Shown here: piece after piece, positions 24,895 to 31,733 of the stretch | Layout: each line of letters starts with the position of its first letter | How positions within the stretch are numbered: position 1 is the stretch's first letter | From: Candidatus Methylomirabilota bacterium | Lineage (GTDB): Bacteria; Methylomirabilota; Methylomirabilia; Methylomirabilales; 2-02-FULL-66-22 | Length of the DNA: 40,067 bases | Reading direction: 5' to 3' | Assembly (NCBI GenBank): GCA_016180655.1 | Contig: JACPAT010000026.1 | Span: forward strand, 1 to 40,067 | Notes under the pieces: model-generated | Seen by the model: only the letters and a program-made list of their open reading frames with translations | Database searches by the model: none | Told to the model about the DNA's origin: nothing | Made by a program: the position numbers and the translations under genes

Positions 24895-25865
24895 AGGAGC
24901 TTCCCATGCGTGGCCGGTGGCAGGCGATGGGGGGCCTGGTTCTGCTCCTGGCGGGGTGCGCCGGGACCGCAGGGATGGAGGGCGTGGTGGCCCTCATCCC
25001 CACGGGACAGTGGCCGGAGGATGTGGTCTTCGACGCGGAGACCCAGACCATCTTCGTCGCCGACGAGGGCAGCGCCACGGTCACGGCCATTGACGCCGGG
25101 AGCCGCACGGTCCGCGGGACGATTCGCCTCCAGACCCGCGCGCGGCACCTCGCCGTTGCGGCTGGACGACTCTACGCGCCGAATGAACACAGCCAGTTCG
25201 TCGGGGTCTATGATGCCAGGACCCTGGGCGAGATCGGCCGCTTGGCCGTGGGAGGACAGCCGCACGGCCTGGCGGTGGACGCCTCGCGAGGACGGCTCCT
25301 GGTGGGCAACGAGGAGGACGGGACGGCGACCCTGGTGGACACGACGACGCTCCGGCCGATCGCCGTGATCCCCGTCGGCCGGGGGCCGGGAGGCGTGACC
25401 GCCGATGTCGGAAGCGGCCGGGGGTTTGTGGTCAGCGTGAAGGAGGACCGGGTGACCGCGGTGGACCTCACCACAGGAACCATCCTGGGAAGCCTGCCCG
25501 TCGGGGCCGGGCCCACGCATCTCCGGGCCAATTCCCGGACGGGGCTGGTGTACGTCTGCAACACGGAGGCGGACAGCCTCACCGTCCTGGATGGTCGGGC
25601 GCTCGCGGTCCGGGCCACCATCCCGGTGGGCCGCTATCCGTTTCCCATCACGATTGAGGAGGCGCGCGGGCGTGCCTTCGTGGTGAACAGCCGGGACGCA
25701 ACGCTCTCCGTGATCGCGGAGGAGAGTCTCCGGGTGATGGAGACCCGCCCCATCCCCCGCAATGTCTCCAGCTTGGCCGTGGATCCCGCCCGCGGGGTTC
25801 TGTACCTTGCCCTGAAGAGCGACAATCGCCTGGCCATCCTTCCCGCGCCAGGGACTCGACCCTAG
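24891..25865 (+). CDS. YncE/YVTN-type beta-propeller lipoprotein
   Basis: Lipobox LLAGC; ~7 repeats of I/VPVGxxPxxxxV...YVxN; ATGA overlap with the upstream gene (alternative start ATG 24906). Confidence 0.85.
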   Translation: MKELPMRGRWQAMGGLVLLLAGCAGTAGMEGVVALIPTGQWPEDVVFDAETQTIFVADEGSATVTAIDAGSRTVRGTIRLQTRARHLAVAAGRLYAPNEHSQFVGVYDARTLGEIGRLAVGGQPHGLAVDASRGRLLVGNEEDGTATLVDTTTLRPIAVIPVGRGPGGVTADVGSGRGFVVSVKEDRVTAVDLTTGTILGSLPVGAGPTHLRANSRTGLVYVCNTEADSLTVLDGRALAVRATIPVGRYPFPITIEEARGRAFVVNSRDATLSVIAEESLRVMETRPIPRNVSSLAVDPARGVLYLALKSDNRLAILPAPGTRP

Positions 25866-25944
25866 CCCGAGGCGGGCTCCATCACCCAATGCCAGCCAGC
25901 GCCCGTCCGATGGTTGGAGAGTTCGGACAGGCCGGACAGGAGGC

Positions 25945-25974
25945 TTGACGGAGGCCGGGCGAACGCGATACCCT
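25945..25974 (+). promoter_or_regulatory. Putative sigma70 promoter of the microprotein/ATPase operon
   Basis: TTGACG-N18-TACCCT about 50 nt upstream of ATG 26023. Confidence 0.5.
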
Positions 25975-26022
25975 CCACCCCGGTAGCAGAGCGTCCACCG
26001 TGCGCTTGGAGGGATACCCACC

Positions 26023-26301
26023 ATGGGTGACGAAGAGAAGCGCGGCATTTTCGGCTCGCTGAAGGACAAGTTCAAGGACTACATCTACGGCATGGCGGCG
26101 CACGAGATGACCCGCCAGGCCCTGAAGACCCGCGGGAGCATGGAGCACCTCTTCATCCTCATCACCATGGGCGACCTCTTGGGGGTGCCCATCCTGCCGC
26201 CGTACTACTCCCTGCGGCTGCTCCCCTACGTGGTGCCGCAGATCTCCACGTGGAAGCGGCGCATGCTCCGCGAAAAGGACCTGACCGACGCCTTGGCCTA
26301 G
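26023..26301 (+). CDS. ArsA/Get3-associated small membrane protein, paralog A
   Basis: SD GGAGG; hydrophobic hairpin LFILITMGDLLGVPILPPYYSLRLLPYVVP; strong paralog at 29453-29728. Confidence 0.88.
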   Translation: MGDEEKRGIFGSLKDKFKDYIYGMAAHEMTRQALKTRGSMEHLFILITMGDLLGVPILPPYYSLRLLPYVVPQISTWKRRMLREKDLTDALA

Positions 26302-26353
26302 CGCCTGACCGGCAGCGCATCCCTCTCGATCCTTCCGACGGAAAGGACCAGGC

Positions 26354-27340
26354 ATGAACGGGGGACTCGGCCGCATCTTCAAGGAGCACCCGGACCGACG
26401 CTACATCATGTTCGGCGGCAAGGGCGGCCTGGGCAAGACGACCTTTTCGGCCGCCACGGCCTACTACCTGGCCCAGCAGGGACACCGGGTCCTGGTCTTC
26501 TCCGTGGACCCCCAGGCCTCCCTCTCGGACATCTTCCAGCGGGACATCTTCGGCAAGGGCCCCGTGGAGATCCTGCCCAACCTTTACGCGCAGGAGATCG
26601 ACGCCGACAAGCGCATCAAGGCCTACCAGGAGGAGATCCGCAAGAAGATCTTCGACATGTACGGCTTCGACAAGATCCCCGACGAGATCGAGAGCTACAT
26701 CCAGGCCGCCGCGGCCGAGCCGGCCATGGAGGAGAGCGCCATCTTCGACGAGGTGGTGGACATCGTGGTTGCCGGGAACTACGACTATTACATCTACGAT
26801 CTGGTGCCGCTGGGCCACGCCCTCTACTACCTCTCCATGGCCAGCGTCTACGACGAGTGGATCGAGCGGATCACCAAGCTCCGCGAGGACATGCGCCAGT
26901 ACGAGGAGATGGCCGCCGCCATCGGCAAGGACAAGGAGCTGGAAGAGGACATGATCCTCAAGGAGCTCCAGTACATCAAGCACCGGATCAGCACCTCCTC
27001 CGGCATCCTCACGGACCGGGAGAAGACCGCCTTCTTCTTCGTGATCATCCCCGAGGAGATGATCCTCATAGACACCCAGAAGGCGGCCCAGCTCTTCGCC
27101 AAGTTCAACGTGCCACTCAGCGGGTATGTCGTCAACCGCGTCATCCCCGAGAGCCTGGCGAGCCAGGACATCCCCGAGTACCTGCGCAACCGGCTCCAGA
27201 TGCAGAAGGGCTACCTGAAGAAGATCCAGGAGCTGTTCGGAAACGAGGTGCTGGCCCAGGTCCCGGAGTTCGAGCGCGACATCACCGGCCTTCCCATGAT
27301 CCAGAAGATGGCCGAGGCCATGTTCGGGACGGGCCGCTGA
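26354..27340 (+). CDS. ArsA/Get3(TRC40)-family ATPase, subunit 1
   Basis: Deviant Walker A GKGGLGKTT, switch I SVDPQASLSD, altered switch II DLVPLGH, VVNRV; no cysteine in the protein. Confidence 0.93.
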   Translation: MNGGLGRIFKEHPDRRYIMFGGKGGLGKTTFSAATAYYLAQQGHRVLVFSVDPQASLSDIFQRDIFGKGPVEILPNLYAQEIDADKRIKAYQEEIRKKIFDMYGFDKIPDEIESYIQAAAAEPAMEESAIFDEVVDIVVAGNYDYYIYDLVPLGHALYYLSMASVYDEWIERITKLREDMRQYEEMAAAIGKDKELEEDMILKELQYIKHRISTSSGILTDREKTAFFFVIIPEEMILIDTQKAAQLFAKFNVPLSGYVVNRVIPESLASQDIPEYLRNRLQMQKGYLKKIQELFGNEVLAQVPEFERDITGLPMIQKMAEAMFGTGR

Positions 27341-27373
27341 GGCCCCCGCACCTTCGCCCGGGAGTGTGATCCC

Positions 27374-28378
27374 ATGACTCAGCAGACAGGGCTGCATCCG
27401 CTGGTCCAGGAGAACATGCGAGGCTTCCTGGAGAAGCATCCGCACCTGAAGTACAACTTCTTCGGCGGAAAGGGCGGCGTGGGCAAGACAGTGCTAGCCG
27501 GCGCTTCGGCCCTGGCCTTCGCCCGACTGGGGAAGCGGACCCTGCTGGCCTCCACCAACCCGGTTCACAGCCTCAGCGGCCTCTTGAGCCAGAACGTCTT
27601 CGGGCAGGTGGTCCAGGTGACCGGGGTGCCGAACCTTTTTGCGTACGAGATCGATACCAAGGATACCATCGAGAAGTCCAAGCAGGAGATCAAGGAGAAG
27701 GTGAGCTGGTTCCTCAAGTTCGCCGAGATCCGGACGCAGGCGGACGCCTTCGTCGAGTCGGCCACCATGAACCCGGCCTTCGAGGAATCGGCCATGTTCG
27801 AGAACATGATTGACATCATGTTCAAGGACGAGTACGAGGTCTACGTCTTCGACACCGCCCCCACCGCCAACGCCCGCCGCCTGCTGGGCATGTCCTCGGT
27901 CTACTCTCTCTGGGTCGGCAAGATGATGAAGAGCCGGGAGGAGGCCCAGTCCCTCCGGCAGGTCCTCTCCTACAGCAAGAAGAAGGAGGAGAAGGACCCG
28001 CTCATGGACTACCTCCTCTCTTTCCAGCAGCGCATGGCCCACGCCAAGGAGCTGCTCACCGACGCCCAGAAGACGGCCTTCTTCTTCGTGACGCTCCCGG
28101 AGGCGCTGCCGATCGCGGTGATCACGCGCTTCATCGCCTGGTTCAAGGAGTTCGGGATTCCCGTGGGCGGCGTCGTGGTCAACATGCTGATCGACAAGGC
28201 CCAGGTGCGCGCCGACTCACCCGAGTTCGTGCGCAACCGCGTGGCCATGCAGGAAGCCTACATGGAAGAGATCAAGTCGGACTTCCCGGGGATGGTGCGC
28301 GCCGTCCTGCCCCTCTTCGAGACCGAAATCCGGGGCGTGGAGATGCTCAAGCGGACGGCCGATGCCCTCTATTGCTAG
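27374..28378 (+). CDS. ArsA/Get3(TRC40)-family ATPase, subunit 2 (switch I Asp to Asn)
   Basis: GKGGVGKTV, STNPVHSLS, DTAPTAN, VTLPE, VVVNM; the only Cys is the terminal residue. Confidence 0.93.
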   Translation: MTQQTGLHPLVQENMRGFLEKHPHLKYNFFGGKGGVGKTVLAGASALAFARLGKRTLLASTNPVHSLSGLLSQNVFGQVVQVTGVPNLFAYEIDTKDTIEKSKQEIKEKVSWFLKFAEIRTQADAFVESATMNPAFEESAMFENMIDIMFKDEYEVYVFDTAPTANARRLLGMSSVYSLWVGKMMKSREEAQSLRQVLSYSKKKEEKDPLMDYLLSFQQRMAHAKELLTDAQKTAFFFVTLPEALPIAVITRFIAWFKEFGIPVGGVVVNMLIDKAQVRADSPEFVRNRVAMQEAYMEEIKSDFPGMVRAVLPLFETEIRGVEMLKRTADALYC

Positions 28379-28452
28379 CCGTCAACCGCCAGCTCAGGCA
28401 CGACGAGCGGCCCCGTGTGGGCCGCTCGTTTTTTCAGTGAACCGCCGAGTGG

Positions 28453-28572
28453 TCATGTAACGAGTTGCACCACGATGGATGAAGACCCGGGCACATTGCC
28501 CAGGTTCAGGCGCCCCCACCCCACCCCTCCCCCCAGCGCGGGGGAGGGGTGGGCGGGGGGGATTTTCGTGAC
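28453..28572. repeat. GC-rich hairpin/repeat element between convergent genes
   Basis: CCCCACCCCACCCCTCCCCC-AGCGC-GGGGAGGGGTGGGCGGGGG hairpin (about 28513-28560) flanked by TCAT...GATGAA and ATTTTCGTGA. Confidence 0.5.
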
Positions 28573-28618
28573 AGGCGCCAGGAACGCCAAGGAAGGCTGG
28601 GTCGAGGGGCGTCAAAGA

Positions 28619-29287
28619 TCAGCGCCCGGGTCCGCGGGGCAGGACGGTCTGGGCGAGCTGTGACAGGGTGGCGAAGATCGGGAGGGGGGTTCGGGTCTCG
28701 GTCGCCGGGACCGGAAGACTGAGGATCAGGTGCGGGGCCTCGAGTTGCAGGCCGACGCGCCAGACATCCATCCCCCCGATGGCGCTCATGACCGCCCGCG
28801 CCAGCGCTCGCCCGTCGGCGTCCGGGCCGGCGCAGAGCAGGGGCGGCCGCCCGGCCAGCGGCTCCTCACGCCAGCCCTTTTCCCGGATGTCATGAGCGAC
28901 CTGGGTCGCGCCGCGCCTCCTGGGGTGGTACACCTCGAAGCTGGCGCCGACGCGGCCGTTCAGGGTCACGCCGATCACCAGCCAGTCGCGTCGTCCACCC
29001 AGCCGGCCAAAGGCCCAGAGGAAGAAGGTCTCCCGGGGCTCCAGCAGGACGCTGATGCCCAGCCGGACGAAGGGGGGCGTCAGTTGCTCCGCCTCGATCC
29101 GGAAGGCGCTCCGCCCGATCCAGCGGATGGTGGCGGTCCCGCCGAAGGGCTGGATGGAGTCGCGCACCTGCCGCACCAGCGTCACGGCCCGCCGGCGGTT
29201 GACCTGGATCCCCGCGACGTACCACATCAGCAGGAAAGCTGCGAGGCCGATGGCCAGGTCGGTGCCGGTGAGTCCGCGATCGAACAT
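28619..29287 (-). CDS. N-terminally membrane-anchored protein with CCDC47/DUF1682-like motifs
   Basis: Single N-terminal TM (LAIGLAAFLLMWYVAG) followed by YxxGxxxNxRxA and R-x15-DxxxIxVTLN motifs; family call made from memory. Confidence 0.7.
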   Translation of the reverse strand: MFDRGLTGTDLAIGLAAFLLMWYVAGIQVNRRRAVTLVRQVRDSIQPFGGTATIRWIGRSAFRIEAEQLTPPFVRLGISVLLEPRETFFLWAFGRLGGRRDWLVIGVTLNGRVGASFEVYHPRRRGATQVAHDIREKGWREEPLAGRPPLLCAGPDADGRALARAVMSAIGGMDVWRVGLQLEAPHLILSLPVPATETRTPLPIFATLSQLAQTVLPRGPGR

Positions 29288-29308
29288 CAGCGTGGGTCCC
29301 CTATGAAT

Positions 29309-29447
29309 TGGGGGTCAGGGGCCAGGGGCTGGGGATCAAGGGTCAGGGAAACGACACGAGGCAGCGCCAGGTGCCTACCGGCGTCAAATCCGCAATCGGA
29401 AACCCTCCGGGTGATCGAACATCCGCAATCCGAAATCCGAAATTCCG
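29309..29447. repeat. Two heptamer tandem runs (GGGTCAG-type and AATCCGC/AATCCGA-type)
   Basis: GGGGTCA GGGGCCA GGGGCTG GGGATCA AGGGTCA (about 29311-29346); AATCCGC AATCGGA ... CATCCGC AATCCGA AATCCGA AAT (about 29387-29444). Confidence 0.65.
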
Positions 29448-29452
29448 GTGGG

Positions 29453-29728
29453 TCATCCGGCGCCCGCGAGGTCGGTGAGGTCCTTTTCCCGCAGCATCCG
29501 GCGCTTCCAGTTGCTGACGGCGGGGACGATGTACGGGAGAAGCCGGAGGGTGTAATAGGGCGGGATCACCGGGACGCCGACGATGTCGCCGAACACGATG
29601 AGCACGAAGAGATGTTCCAGATCCCCGCGCTGCTTCCGGAACATCACGACGGCATCATGCAGGGCCATGCCGAAGAGGAAGCCGCGGAACCACTCCCGCC
29701 AGCCCCCCAGCCACTCCCTGAAGCTCAT
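29453..29728 (-). CDS. ArsA/Get3-associated small membrane protein, paralog B
   Basis: Shares EHLF.L...GD..GVP..PPYY.LRLLPY.VP....WKRRMLREKDLTD with 26023-26301; SD GAGGAAGGA. Confidence 0.88.
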   Translation of the reverse strand: MSFREWLGGWREWFRGFLFGMALHDAVVMFRKQRGDLEHLFVLIVFGDIVGVPVIPPYYTLRLLPYIVPAVSNWKRRMLREKDLTDLAGAG

Positions 29729-29767
29729 CGCCCGTTATCCTTCCTCACTCGCGGCAACCCCACGAGG

Positions 29768-29796
29768 AGTATCCTCTCCTTCTTTGGACAAATCAA
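29768..29796 (-). promoter_or_regulatory. Putative sigma70 promoter for paralog B and the CCDC47-like gene
   Basis: TTGATT-N17-GATACT on the minus strand, 40 nt upstream of ATG 29728. Confidence 0.45.
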
Positions 29797-29839
29797 GCGC
29801 CTCCACTCGGCTCTCGGCTCGCGACTCTCAACTCTTCCG

Positions 29840-30673
29840 TCATCCCTTGACCGCCCCGAAGGTGAGGCCGGTCACGATGTGCCGCTGCACGATCAGCGTG
29901 AGGATGATGACCGGCAGGGTGATCATCGTGGCGGCGGCGGCCAGGGGCCCCCAATTGATCTCCTCGTAGCCGATCATGTTGAAGACGGCGATGGGCAGGG
30001 TCCGGGTGTTCCGGCCGGCCAGGATCACCGAGAACAGGAAGTTGTTCCAGGAGAAGATGAAGCTCAGGATGGAGGTCGCCACGATCCCCGGCTTCACCAG
30101 GGGCACCGCCACCCGCCAGAAGGCCCCGTAGTGGGAGCAGCCGTCAATCAGCGCCGCGTCCTTCAGCTCCGGCGGGATGTCCTCGAAGAACCCGATCATG
30201 ACCCAGATGATGATGGGCAGGCCCACCACCAGGTGGGTGAGGATGAGCGCCTGGTAGGTGTCCACCATGCGGAGGTTCCGGAACAGGATGTACCAGGGGA
30301 TCAAGTAGCTGATCCCGGGGATGATGCGGGCGACCAGCATGGTGAGGGCCAGGCCGCGCTGCCGCCAGTGGGCGATGCTGTAGGCCGCCGGCAGCCCGAC
30401 CGCCAGGCCCAGTACCGTGCATCCCACGGCCACGACCAGGCTGTTCCAGGTGTAGAGCAGGAACGGATGCTTGGCGAAGACCTCCTGGTACCCCTTGAAG
30501 GTGACGGAGAAGCGGAAGAAGCTCGGGGGGTATCCCGCCGCCTCCACCTGCGGCTTCAGGGAGAGGGTGATCATCCAGTAGAAGACGAAGACCGTGGGCA
30601 GCATGACGGCGATCACCAGGGCGTAGAACCCCGCCGTCCGGAGCCAGTTCCGCAGCCTTTTCCCGGTCACCAT
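29840..30673 (-). CDS. Carbohydrate ABC transporter (CUT1) permease, MalG-type
   Basis: WNSLVVA, AAYSIA, EAA loop ELKDAALIDGC, FIFSWNNF, TLPIA, QRHIVTGLTFGAVKG. Confidence 0.93.
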   Translation of the reverse strand: MVTGKRLRNWLRTAGFYALVIAVMLPTVFVFYWMITLSLKPQVEAAGYPPSFFRFSVTFKGYQEVFAKHPFLLYTWNSLVVAVGCTVLGLAVGLPAAYSIAHWRQRGLALTMLVARIIPGISYLIPWYILFRNLRMVDTYQALILTHLVVGLPIIIWVMIGFFEDIPPELKDAALIDGCSHYGAFWRVAVPLVKPGIVATSILSFIFSWNNFLFSVILAGRNTRTLPIAVFNMIGYEEINWGPLAAAATMITLPVIILTLIVQRHIVTGLTFGAVKG

Positions 30674-30826
30674 CCGACCCTCCGGGTATCCATTATTCGG
30701 GGCCCATCCCCCGGGATTTTCGATTTTGGATTGCGGATTTCCGATTGCTCAAAATCGACAATCGAAAATCGACAATCGAAAATTGGATCGGGTCCCTCCC
30801 CCTGGCATCACCATCCGACCCTCCGG
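30667..30826. repeat. 19-bp direct repeat flanking a palindromic heptamer insertion
   Basis: TCACCATCCGACCCTCCGG at 30667-30685 and 30808-30826; between them GATTTTC GATTTTG GATTGCG GATTTCC GATT / AAAATCGACAATCG x2. Confidence 0.85.
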
Positions 30827-31632
30827 ACCTTCATGAGGATGAGGGAGGCCCCCATGACGATGGCGAACAGGGCCACCGCCATGGACGAGGCGTAGCCCAT
30901 GTTGAAATACGAGAAGGCCTGGTTGAACAGCAGGATGTTGATGGTCTCGGAGGAGTTCGATGGCCCTCCCTGCGTCATGACGAAGATGATGTCGAAGGTC
31001 TTCAGGGCGTCAATGGCGCGGAACAGGATGGCCACGATGATCGTCGGTCGCAGGAGGGGGAGCGTGATGTACCAGAATGACTGCAGGCCCGTGGCCCCGT
31101 CAATGAGGGCGGATTCGTACGGCTCCCTCGGCAGGGCCGCCAGACCCGCCAGGGCGATGAGCATGATGAGCGGGGTCCACTCCCACACGTCCACCAGCGC
31201 CAGGGCGTACAGGGCCGTCCGGCTGCTGTAGGTCCACTTGAACGGGGCCAGGCCGGTCAGGCTCACCAGGTAGTTCATCACCCCCAGCGTCGGGTGGTAC
31301 ATCATGACGAAGACCTCCACCGACACCGCCAGAAAGGTGAAGTAGAGCGTCCGGAAGAACGCCTCCCGGAACCTGGGGTCTCCCGTCAGGATCTGCTGAT
31401 AGTTGGCGAGGGCGATGAACTTGGGCAGGGTCAGGCTCGAGGCGAACCATTCCTGGAGGCTCATCCAGCCGGTGTACAAGACCGGGTAGATGATGATGAG
31501 CGCCACCGTGATGGCGGCCGGGGCGGGAAAGAGAAAGCGCGCGTTCCGGTGGGCGAACCGCGACAGGCGGACGCCGACGCCCAGGGCCGGCTCGGGGGCG
31601 GACAGTCGAACGGCGTCAGTGGAATTGGGCAT
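30808..31632 (-). CDS. Carbohydrate ABC transporter (CUT1) permease, MalF-type, with apparent in-frame internal deletion
   Basis: LANY, DVWEWTP, EAA loop YESALIDGA, DALKTFD, TQGGP, MGYASSMA; the usual LG..ALLL...GR..RT...PM segment is missing. Confidence 0.85.
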   Translation of the reverse strand: MPNSTDAVRLSAPEPALGVGVRLSRFAHRNARFLFPAPAAITVALIIIYPVLYTGWMSLQEWFASSLTLPKFIALANYQQILTGDPRFREAFFRTLYFTFLAVSVEVFVMMYHPTLGVMNYLVSLTGLAPFKWTYSSRTALYALALVDVWEWTPLIMLIALAGLAALPREPYESALIDGATGLQSFWYITLPLLRPTIIVAILFRAIDALKTFDIIFVMTQGGPSNSSETINILLFNQAFSYFNMGYASSMAVALFAIVMGASLILMKVRRVGW

Positions 31633-31733
31633 CTGTCGGGCCGCCTCGTCTCCTCCCGCGAAAAGAGCCCGGCCCTCCCGCCACATCGAGGACGATGGGG
31701 GGGAAGGCCAGGCTCTTCCGCGTGGCAGGTGGG

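Noticed and set aside
26354-28378. Arsenite efflux ATPase (arsA) annotation
   Set aside because: No metalloid-binding Cys residues, no arsB/acr3/arsD/arsR nearby, and altered DTAPTGH motifs
28370-29460. Selenocysteine or pyrrolysine read-through at the ends of ATPase 2 (YC-stop) or the microproteins
   Set aside because: ATPase 2 and paralog A end in TAG; paralog B's TGA falls near where paralog A ends; there is no CC/CU motif, obvious SECIS or pyl gene
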